Part shown: positions 54,301-64,000 of the stretch, one piece after another
Layout of the letters: each line of letters starts with the position of its first letter
How positions within the stretch are numbered: position 1 is the first letter of the stretch
NCBI RefSeq assembly: GCF_036588685.1
Contig: NC_086374.1
Location: forward strand, 98,394,001-98,458,000
DNA: 64,000 bases
Direction of reading: 5' to 3'
Source of the DNA: Mytilus trossulus
Lineage: Eukaryota
Position numbers and translations under genes: made by a program
Notes under the pieces: generated by a model
The model's input: the letters and a program-made list of their open reading frames with translations, nothing else
What the model was told of the DNA's origin: nothing
Database searches by the model: none

Positions 54301-57300
54301 CTCCACAAATCAGATGGACCACTTCTGCTGTCTTAGATGTCTGAAGTCTCTCTGGTATCATTGGTGGTGGGAGGGGTCGAAGGGGAGGGTCCAATGCTTT
54401 AACTTCAGGGTTTACATCTTCTTGAGTTGGTGTCTTCTTTAAGTCTGTACGGGGAGGGGGAACTGGAGGGGAGGCAGCTGCACTTTGTCCCTCTTCAGCA
54501 CGTCTTTTGTATTGTGGTGGAAGAATGAAATTCTGTAATAAAAAGTAAACAAGCTTTAAAGTTAATATATTGAAATGTTATATAGCCAGTTCATGTCTAT
54601 TCTTTTTCATTTACTTATAATTATGAAATGTTCTAATAAAAACTGTGAAAATCACAACAAACAGTAATTCACCCTTATCATAGAGATTCATACACTTATT
54701 CTGCAGTTATTATCTGGAAACCAATTGTCTTTAGATAATGGAGAAGGTAACAACAACATTGACAATGTCAACATCGCCAAACCATTATACCGCACTGGCG
54801 GATCCAGAAATTTTCATAAGTGAGGGTCCACTGGCTGCCTAAGAGGGTGCCCGATTTTATCACCCTTCAGTGATTCCCAAAATAAGCAACCAAATTTTTT
54901 TCTCAAAAAGGGGGGGGGGCCTGTGCCCCCCTCCATAAATCTGCCTCTGTACCATCTCAAACAATTTGCGTTCATATTAAAATCATTTCAAACAAACAAA
55001 AGAGGTTGATTAACAATGCCATTTCAATTACTGTAAATTTTATGTGAGTTTATCATCCTATAAGATCAACTATTTACAATACTTCCAAGTGTTCAGTCCA
55101 ATATAAAATGTGTGTTTGATTCATGACAACACAATTGTAACGTTTCCACAAAGTTTGGCAAATACTAACCTGTGGATGTGGATACATGATTGGACCCTGT
55201 GATGGACACATGCTTGTTCTATGTTGTGATGGGTAAACTATCGGTGAGGCCTGAGTCTGCTGAGGGTACACCATAGGTTGGGTCTGTCCCTGGTAAGGAG
55301 GATATACCATGTATGGGTAGCTGTTTCCTTCAGTCGATGTTTTAGGTTTCTCAAGGGAAGAAGCAGCACCACTACCTTCCAAGGAATGAATCTTGCATGG
55401 TCCCTAATAACAAAGATTAAATTAAGCATGGTCCCTAATAACAAAGATTAAATTTAGCATGGGTCCTAATAACAAAGATTAAATTTAGCATGGGCCCTAA
55501 TAACAAAGATTATATTTTGCATGGTCCCTAATAACAAAGATGATATTTTGCATGGTCCCTAATGACAAAGATTATATTAAAGCATGGTTCCTATTAACCA
55601 AAAGATAAATATTGAGGAAACAGCCATTTAACTTTAAGCCAGGTTGGGGTTATGGTTTTTTTTGGTACAAAGAAGCATCAAATTATTTATTTTCATTGTC
55701 TTGCTACTATGCATGATTTTTTGCATAACTTTACAATATATTTCATGGCAAAAAACTCCAAATTTTTTTTCTTCGAAGTAAGAATCAAAATATAAACAGT
55801 AAAAAAAAAAAAATCAAGAACCTCCTCTCTTTTTGTAAGTTTCAATATTTTTAAAGGAGAGAGTCATACAAGTGAGATGTTTAGTCCACCATTTTCTACA
55901 TATTAAGGATAATGAGGGGGGTTCTGATCCGGAAAACCCTGGCTTAAAAGCAGGAAATCCCGAAATCCCTGACTTAAAAACACAAAATCCTGAGGTCACG
56001 AAATTTGAAAAAAAAATTCCAGGATCCCGAAAAAGGTTGATTCCAAAATGGCGAGCTTTATAACACATGATCCTGAAGTCCCGATAAAGGTCCTATCCCC
56101 CCTCGATAATCATACAAGTACCAAATCAGGATTATGGCAGTTACATTACATTGTTATAATGTGTTTGAGCTTTAGATTTTGCCATTTAATAAAGGACATT
56201 CCATTTTGAATTTTCCTTGGAGTTTGTTTTTTTTGTTATTTTTCTTTTTATAACTATTGGAACTAAATGTTTTCACTGATATCATTTTTCTTATATTAAA
56301 TTTCCTGGTCGCCATGCAATTAACATGATTAATAAACAGAACAAAATTAAATATCAAATGTGTTTACAATAGTTATCAAGAAGTTCCCAATGGCGTCAGT
56401 TGTACATAATACTACTTGCTGTTCTATAGATAATACATGTACATTGCATATTTATAATAATGGACTTTTGACAAGGTCAATACATTATATAGGATCTGTT
56501 CAGATTATATTTACCGATGGTGAAGTCCAAGGTTCAATATAATCTAACAGGTTCGTTTTATAACGTATTGACAGAGTGATACTTTTTTTGGAAATGATAT
56601 TGATGCTATGTTACTATATTTAGTAACATGGCTTCAATATTATTTCTAAATATAGTCATGTTGAGTCAATATGTTAAAATAGTGAAAAATACAAAATATA
56701 TTGGAAAAAATTTGACCAAATAAACCAATGAGAAAGACAACAAATCAAACCATTTGTAATATATAATTCAATACATCATAACAAATGTTCTTTTCATGTT
56801 CCAGATTGTTATTGGAGCATTAATCTTTCTGTCTTTCTTATATGGGTAAATATTTATTAAGTTATTTACTCACATCATGTAGATTAATTGAATCTCTTAT
56901 TTTTCTGTTTAGTTCATCAATTGTCTTGTCTTTGTCTGCCATGTAGTTCTGTAATTAATGAAAAAAAATATCGGAAATTATAAATATGTAGCAGTTAATA
57001 TATACCAACAGTGGACTATTTCTCTTTGGAAAAAATTCACTGTTGAAAAATGTTTAAGACAGATTTCCCCTGAGGTTTCGTTTCTGATGAAATAAATATC
57101 AAGTACATTAAATTCTACAAACCAGAATGCAATATTAACTTGTAAGAGTAGTTTAAATTCACTATTGAAAATATTATTGATTGGATAAGAAGGTTTTAAA
57201 AAAGAAAAAATTCTTCCATTTCATATTCTATGCCTTACATGGTCAGACAATATATTTGTAACCAGATGCTCCGCAGGGCGTAGCTTTATACGACCGCAGA

Positions 57301-60300
57301 GGTTGAACCATGAAGGGTTGGGGCAAGTATGGACACAACATTCAAGCTGGATTTCGCTCTAAATTTGGATTGTGATTAAATAGTTGACACAGCATAGGTT
57401 TCTCACACAGAATGAATATATTCAAATGAACTTAAAATTTTTGTTTTCTCTTAGAGCAATTCACTATGCTGTTGAATATTAATCCTCTCAAAAAAATGTT
57501 TGAAGAAATTTTCTTTTTATTTATGAAAAATGAGAAAAATTGAACCCAATTTTTTAATCACATCCCCCTTTCCCTTATTCCAAAACTAATTTCAATTAAA
57601 ATATTCTAATGGATTTGCAACAATTACTACTCATTTAAATACATCATAAAATATTAAGATGTAAAAAAACTGCTTGTTATCACTGAATGGTAAAGATTAT
57701 TTAAATTTATCAGTTGGTAGTAAAAAGTGAATATACATTGTAAATTGTATATAACAAAGATTTAAGTTGATTCTGGACAAAGAAAGATAACTCCAATTAA
57801 AAAAAATTCTTGCAGATATTTCTTGCTTACTATACTGGACAAAGAAAGATAACTCTTAACTAATTTTTTTTTAGCTATTTCACAATATTGTGAAATTAGA
57901 TATTTCTTGCCATTGCACAATACTGTGCAATTGAAAAGACTTGCTATTGCACAATACTTAATATAATAATTTTAGATCCTGATTTGGACCAACTTGAAAA
58001 CTGGGCCCATAATCAAAAATCTAAGTACATGTTTAGATTCAGCATATCAAAGAGGCCCAAGAATTTAATTTTTGTTAAAATCAAACTTAGTTTAATTTTG
58101 GACCCTTTGCACTTTAATTTAGACCAATTTTAAAACTGGACCAAAAATTAAGAATCTACATACACAGTTAGATTTGGCATATCAAAGAACCCCAATTATT
58201 CAATTTTTAATGAAATCAAACAATGTTTAATTTTGGACCTCGATTTGGGCCAACTTGAAAACTGGGCCAATAATCAAAAATCTAAGTACATTTTTAGATT
58301 CAGCATATCAAAGAACCCCAAGGTTTCAATTTTTGTTAAAATCAAACTAAGTTTAATTTTGGACCCTTTGGACCTTAATGTAGACCAATTTGAAAACGGG
58401 ACCAAAAATTAAGAATCTACATACACAGTTAGATTCGGCATCTTAAAGAACCCCAATTATTCAATTTTGATGAAATCAAACAAAGTTTAATTTTGGACAC
58501 TTTGGGCCCCTTTTTCCTTAACTGTTGGGACCAAAACTCCCAAAATCAATACCAACCTTCCTTTTATAGTCATAAACCTTGTGTTTAAATTTCATAGATT
58601 TCTATTTACTTATACTAAGGCTATGGTGCGAAAACCAAGAAAAATGCTTATTTGGGTCCCTTTTTGGCCCCTAATTCCTAAACTGTTGGGATTGAAACTC
58701 CCAAAATCAATACCAACCTTCCTTTTGTGGTCATAAACATTGTGTTTAAATTTCATTGATTTCTATTTACTTTAACTAAAGTTATTGTGCGAAAACCAAG
58801 AATAATGCTTATTTGGGCCCTTTTTTTTGCCCCTAATTCCTATACTGTTGAAACCAAAACTCCCAAAATCAATCCCAACCTTTCTTTTGTGGTCATAAAC
58901 CTTGTGTCAAAATTTCATAGATTTCTATTAACTTAAACTAAAGTTATAGTGCGAAAACCAAGAAAATGCTTATTTGGGCCCTTTTTGGCCCCTAATTCCT
59001 AAAATGTTGGGACCAAAACTCCCAAAATCAATACCAGCCTTCCTTTTATGGTCATAAACCTTGTGTTAAAATTTCATAGATTTCTATTCACTTTTACTAA
59101 AGTTAGAGTGCGAAAACTAAAAGTATTCGGACGACGACGACGACGACGACGACGCCAACGTGATAGCAATATACGACGAAAATTTTTTCAAAATTTGCGG
59201 TCGTATAAAAATTGTTGCACTGAATTACAAAAAAATGTATAACAAACCTTCCCGTAGTAAAAATAGCATTCTCAGAGTATAGTCCCCTACCTGTTAACAT
59301 TTTACTGGAACAAAAACTAACTTGATCTTTGATTTGTCATAATAAATCTATATACTTATTATCAAATGAATATCTCAAGCATGACAAAAAAAAAGTGCAG
59401 AAGACTGATTATTTTTGCAAAGTTTCTATTGTAAGCAGTGTTCTCCTTTTTTCACTCAGGTAAGGTGGGTGTTTTGAAAAAAAACACTTGCAACCGGTTG
59501 ATTTTTTTAACGTTGTCAGCAGGGTTTATTTTTTTCAGTTTTACTGTGGGTTGGGTCACAAATGGAAGGATAAGTATTGTATTCACATTTAATGGAATTG
59601 AACCATTCTTCTGCTATCACTACCAGCCTTTCATTAAATGATTTGACAAATTAGTTTTGTGCATATCGGATAGCAGTTCATAATTGCTGTTGCAGGACTC
59701 CCTCTTCCTACGAAGTCTGCTAATGCATGGCCTATCGAACAAAGTGTCTGTTCTGTTCCTCGCTTTAGTGCTGTATTTTTGGCACACAGAACAGTAATAT
59801 CCTTCTGTGACGATTATCCATTAAAAGTCCTGTTCATATTTATCACCCCCTCAAATGAGGGGGTAACTTCTCAATGTAATGACTATCCCTTTTATGAGGG
59901 GTGCATTTAAAAAGAAACAGATGAGGGGAAACCTTTTAATGAAATGACTATCCCTTTTATGAGGGGTACATTTAAAGAGAAACAAATTAGCACGTATTTG
60001 TTTTTGGCCTTTTTATCATTATGGACACTCTTGTAGAAAAGTTGTACCAAATAAAACGATTTCCCCCCTTTTAAGGTAATAAATCTAAGTTTTTCTTTTC
60101 TTCAACAGTAATATGACCCCTTGCCTGCTGGATGGTCCCTCATTTGAGGGATATCCCTCATTTTGGAATTGTTCCCAACCTGTTTATCTTCGCGATCACC
60201 TGTGTGCCGTTTCTGTTGTTTTGATACTTTATTTTCAATTTCAACAATTTCAATTCAACTATCCGTTTAAGTTGACTAATATGGCTTAGAATTTTCCTTA

Positions 60301-63300
60301 TCACCATCGTCATCTGCCTTTCCATTCACCCGATTAATATAAGAAAACATTGAAATTTGACGATCCGCCATTTTTTTTTAATGAAAACAAACTGCGAGGC
60401 GCGATAAGTATTTAAACTTTTACGGTGCGGAACCGAAAAAAATCCGGAATTTTGAAAAAAAAGCCGACCACCTCATTAAATGGAAAGGTGGTCGGCTTTG
60501 AAAAGAAGGTGGTCAGCAAACCCGGCTTAAATGCCGAATGGAAAACACTGGTAAGGACCATAACTCTGCAAAAAATCATCAGACCAGAATAAAATTTGTC
60601 CTTGATCTGTAACTTGTCATGATGAAACAATACACCAAATATCTTCAAGCAGGAAGAAAAAAAGTGTGGTTAAGTAATTTGCCAACTGACAGATGGAGTG
60701 CAAACCTAAAGTCCCCTTCAACTTTGTCGATAGGGGACTTATTAGCACAGATCATGACATGGAAGACTTATTTCTTTTCTAATACCGGGAGGTAAATTTT
60801 GCTTTTTTTTTTAACAATGGATACATTGATTGTTAGTGTTTATACCAATTCTAAGCAGGCAACCCTAGTTCCAGTTTCTAAGCAGGCAACCCTAGTTTTA
60901 GTTTCTAAGCAGGCAACCCTAGTACCAGTTTCTAAGCAGGCAACCCTAGTTTTAGTTTCTAAGCAGGCAACCCTAGTTTTAGTTTCTAAGCAGGCAACCC
61001 TAGTTCCAGTTTCTAAGCAGGCAACCCTAGTTTTAGTTTCTAAGTAGGCAACCCTAGTTCCAGTTTCTAAGCAGGCAACCCTAGTTTTAGTTTCTAAGCA
61101 GGCAACCCTAGTTTTAGTTTCTAAGCAGGCAACCCTAGTTCCAGTTTCTAAGCAGGCAACCCTAGTTTTAGTTTCTAAGCAGGCAACCCTAGTTTTAGTT
61201 TCTAAGCAGGCAACCCTAGTTCCAGTTTCTAAGCAGGCAACCATAGTTTTAGTTTCTAAGTAGGCAACCCTAGTTTAAGTTTCTAAGTAGGCAACCCTAG
61301 TTTTAGTTTCTAAGCAGGCAACCCTAGTTCCAGTTTCTAAGCAGGCAACCCTAGTTCCAGTTTCTAAGCAGGCAACCCTAGTTTTAGTTTCTAAGCAGGC
61401 AACCCTAGTTTAAGTTTAAAACAGAACTTTGATACACTGTGTTTAATGACAATTCTAAGCAGGCAACCCTAGTTTAAGTTTAAAACAGAACTTTGAGACA
61501 CTGTGTATTTCATATTACCACCATCAATAAATGTTGACTATTTACTCACCTCCAAAGACCTGACTTTGACATCTTTTTCATTTTGTATTTCAATCAAAGA
61601 CTTTTTCAGCATCTCTATTTCATCATCTTTCTCTTTCAATTCCTTCTTTAGCTTTTCTGCTCTCTTTCTTTCCTCAATTAAACTAATCTTGTATCTAAAA
61701 AAATAAATAAAAAAATAGTTATTCTAGAACATGAACATACAGATTTTTGTTTATCTTTAAGATGTTCATACTTAGTATCATTAAAAAAGACACCAAATAC
61801 CTGTTTAGCTCACTTTCAACAACTATTATTATATATCACATAAAAAAAACCCACAAGTTTAATGATTACCGGTAATTGATGGCTGATAAATTAAATATAA
61901 AAAAAGATGTGGTATGATTGTCAATGAGACAACCATCCACAAGAGACCAAAATAACACAGAAGTTAACAAATATAGGTCACTGTATGGCCTTCAACAATG
62001 AACAAAGCCCATACTGCATAGTCAGCTATAAAAGGCCATGAAATGACAATGTAATACAAGTCAAACTAGAAAACTAACTGCCTAATTTATTTACAAAAAT
62101 TGAACAAGAAACAAATATTGTAACACATAAACAAACGTCAATCACTGAATTACAGGCTCTTAACCTGGGACAGGCACATACATTCAGAATGTGATGGGGT
62201 TAAACATGTTAGCTGGATCCCAACCTTTCCCTAACCTGGTACAGTGGTATAAGTTATAACAGTACAAAATAAGAACCAACTATAAAATTCAGTTGATAAA
62301 GTCCAGCAGTAAATATTTCATGCACATTTTTAGAGCTAGCCACTGGAAATAAATGAAATATTCAATCTGAATGGTACTAGAAGCAAATGATGTTAAAATA
62401 TTTGGACATGTTAATTTTTACTTTAATTTTTGTTCTTGTCTAAGATCCAGTTCTTTGCCAACATCGTCTAAGTCACTCTGAAGCTGGTTCTCAATCACAT
62501 TCTCTGCAGCAGACATATCTGGTGAGGTCATCTGGTATTGTTCTATTGTAATAACATCTGTCTCAGAGCTCTGGCGTGAAGGTTTTCCTGTAAATGTATA
62601 AGAATATTTACATCTATATTTACTAATTTTATTATTAATTAGACAAAAAAATTGGGAATATATGGTCAAGTTGTTGTCTCTTTGACACATTCCCTATTTT
62701 CATTCTCAATTTTCAATATATGCACTGCATTTTAAGGAACTTTTTAAGAAACACTGCAATTTTATTATAGAGTAAAAATACATTTGATCTTACCTAAAGA
62801 TTATTAAACACAATACTGATAGTTTTAAGACATTGATACATAATTTCAAATTTATTTCCACTCACTTTTTTCCAACTTTTCCATTTTTTTGGTCAGTTTC
62901 CTATTTTCAATGTACAAGTTCCTGTACTCATTTGATCCCATTGTTAGCCTCTCTTTCAGATCTTCAATCTCACGTTTCATGTCCTTTATCTCCTGTTTGT
63001 ATTCCTTCTATTAAAGCAAAAAATTGTAAATTAATATACATTATTATGTCAATTAATCATGATTTATTATGTAAATATTGAAATGACTAAATACAGAATT
63101 ACAAATTATCTATTGTATTTCAAAGAAGGTTGAGTACAGCAGCTACAAACTCATCAAAGGGCCACAACTCTGATGCGAGATGTAACTGGAGATTCAGCGA
63201 CCTTTGATAATCTGAGTAACATTGATCTTAGCTCCACCTAAAAATAAGTTATTTGTTATTTGTATACAAACAGTCAAACCTGTATTAAGCAGTTACTCGT

Positions 63301-63906
63301 GGGAATTATCAAAAGTGACTGCTCATGAGAGGTGACCTTTTAATAGAGTTTCCATTAATTCTGATTTCATTATTGCCTGAGACTGGAATCTAGGCAAATT
63401 GTTTACTGTTTTTAACTGTCAGAGCTGTCACACTTGGGAACACTGAAATAAAACATGGCAGGAATTTCAGAAAAAGTGTGTGAAAATTATAGACTTCCTA
63501 GCAAGTCTCATCCTAAATATCACTGGACTAAAAAAAAAAGGTCATACCTTATTTTTAACTCATATTGATCTGACTTTATATTAAAAACCAAACCTGTAGT
63601 TATAAGGTTTACAGAAATTAATGTTGTAAACTTATCAGTCCAACAAACTGACAAACTGAGGAGATTGCTTGAACTCATAACAAAGTGTGACAGGGTTTAA
63701 CAAATTCTTATCACTTTTTCACTTACCTGTTTCTTTGCAGAATCAGTCTGATATTGTGAGAGATGGTGCTCCATTTTGGAATATCTGTCTTTGAGTGTTG
63801 ACTGTGCAATAACAAGACACTGCATTGAACCTTCAATACTGGTTTCTGAAGCCTTTTCTAGTTTGTTTCCCAGCTCAGAATTATCTGTTCTTAACTTCTC
63901 TACTTG
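51350..63906 (-). CDS. TAX1BP1: TAX1BP1/CALCOCO-family selective autophagy receptor, 3' part; gene starts beyond the right end of the window
   Basis: Phase-consistent exons 63727-63906, 62866-63007, 62422-62587, 61550-61694, 56874-56948, 55170-55403, 54301-54532, 52676-52733, 51350-51596. Coiled coil including KREIEDLKERLTMGSNEYRNLYIENRKLTK (resembles the TAX1BP1 EDLKLRLQMAADHYKEK region), Pro-rich linker, two C-terminal UBZ fingers (KICPVC..FEEHVIGH; RICPLC..FQRHVNQH). Confidence 0.88.
53368..54120 (-). mobile_element. HINE (same family as 8732-9017) split by a LINE 3' fragment
   Basis: 53368-53490 and 53965-54120 join into the reverse complement of the 8732 element. Confidence 0.75.
53490..53964 (-). 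mobile_element. 3' end of an L2/CR1-group LINE
   Basis: ORF2 tail TRIKMFNEISNIVPCFNSMSEENKFDFIFS..ISEMYNER*, then AATAAA and a (TTCTTA)n tail on the minus strand. Confidence 0.7.
55395..55610 (-). repeat. 31-bp tandem repeat (7 copies), each containing a copy of a TAX1BP1-like splice acceptor
   Basis: Minus-strand unit AATTTAATCTTTGTTATTAG|GGACCATGC; plus-strand unit starts at 55395, 55426, 55457, 55488, 55519, 55550, 55582. Confidence 0.9.
55914..56104. mobile_element. 191-bp MITE-like element with a 6-bp TSD
   Basis: GATAAT|GAGGGGGG..CCCCCCTC|GATAAT; internal AAATCCCGA-like subrepeats. Confidence 0.7.
57260..59211 (-). mobile_element. Helentron-type HINE (~1.95 kb) with two internal satellite families
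   Basis: Subterminal IRs TTTATACGACCGCA / TGCGGTCGTATAAA, (GAC)n microsatellite, terminal hairpin GCTCCGCAGGGCGTAGC, ~120-bp repeats at 57975-58505 and ~150-bp repeats at 58505-59120. Confidence 0.85.
59436..60550 (-). mobile_element. Decayed hAT5-like DNA transposon derivative (5-bp TSD)
   Basis: GTAAG|CAGTGTTCTCC..GGAAAACACTG|GTAAG; minus-strand remnants MADRQISMFSYI.. (ATG at 60370) and F*WIIVTEGYYCSVCQKYS..PC..SDMHK (TTF/C17orf113-like Zn finger) with stops. Confidence 0.7.
60849..61420. repeat. 27-bp minisatellite, ~21 copies, intronic
   Basis: TTTCTAAGCAGGCAACCCTAGTT(CCAG/TTAG/TAAG) units. Confidence 0.95.
61900..62290 (+). mobile_element. Abundant dispersed repeat (AGATGTGGTATGATTGCCAATGAGACAAC family); partial copies also near 10555, 25795, 36530 and 38395
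   Basis: The same sequence is seen five times in the window; class not determined. Confidence 0.7.
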
Positions 63907-64000
63907 CTATCAATAAAAAGGTGAAATTTAAACTCATGTATGATGATGGAGAATAGCTTGAAGCTCGAGAGAAAATTCTCACTTTTATTTTTAAATCAAC

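Noticed and set aside
60799-61244. Repetitive ORFs (SKQATLV / VACLETKTR)
   Set aside because: By-products of an intronic 27-bp minisatellite; no splice or start context, and the TAX1BP1 exon phases close without them.

Overview
AT-rich, intron-containing animal genomic DNA. The repeat families look bivalve-like (probably Mytilus; this is an inference from recognised repeats). Four spliced protein-coding genes can be built by hand from GT-AG boundaries and consistent exon phases: (1) the 3' eight exons of a SWI/SNF core subunit SMARCC1/2 (+, 468-5735); (2) a small, apparently lineage-specific two-TM RING-H2 E3 ligase gene (+, 14559-19855); (3) a complete prefoldin subunit 5 gene (+, 28133-38223) with a U12-type minor intron; (4) the 3' nine exons of a TAX1BP1-like autophagy receptor (-, 51350-63906). 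The remainder is dense with mobile DNA: PIF-, Kolobok-, Mutator-, EnSpm- and hAT5-type MITEs, a long-TIR element with CAC ends and a 5-bp TSD (Transib-like), Helentron-type HINEs, L2/CR1-group LINE fragments, SINEs, and a Penelope-type fragment with an intact minimal hammerhead ribozyme. Satellites include a 170-bp array abutting the PFDN5 start and a ~7-kb TTAGGG-bearing array that switches orientation at its end. The most unusual signal is that three of the four genes carry tandemly duplicated splice sites. In the RING gene each 104-bp unit parses exactly as a 20-nt GT..AG segment plus an 84-nt in-frame exon copy. Almost all ORFs in the supplied track are non-coding noise.
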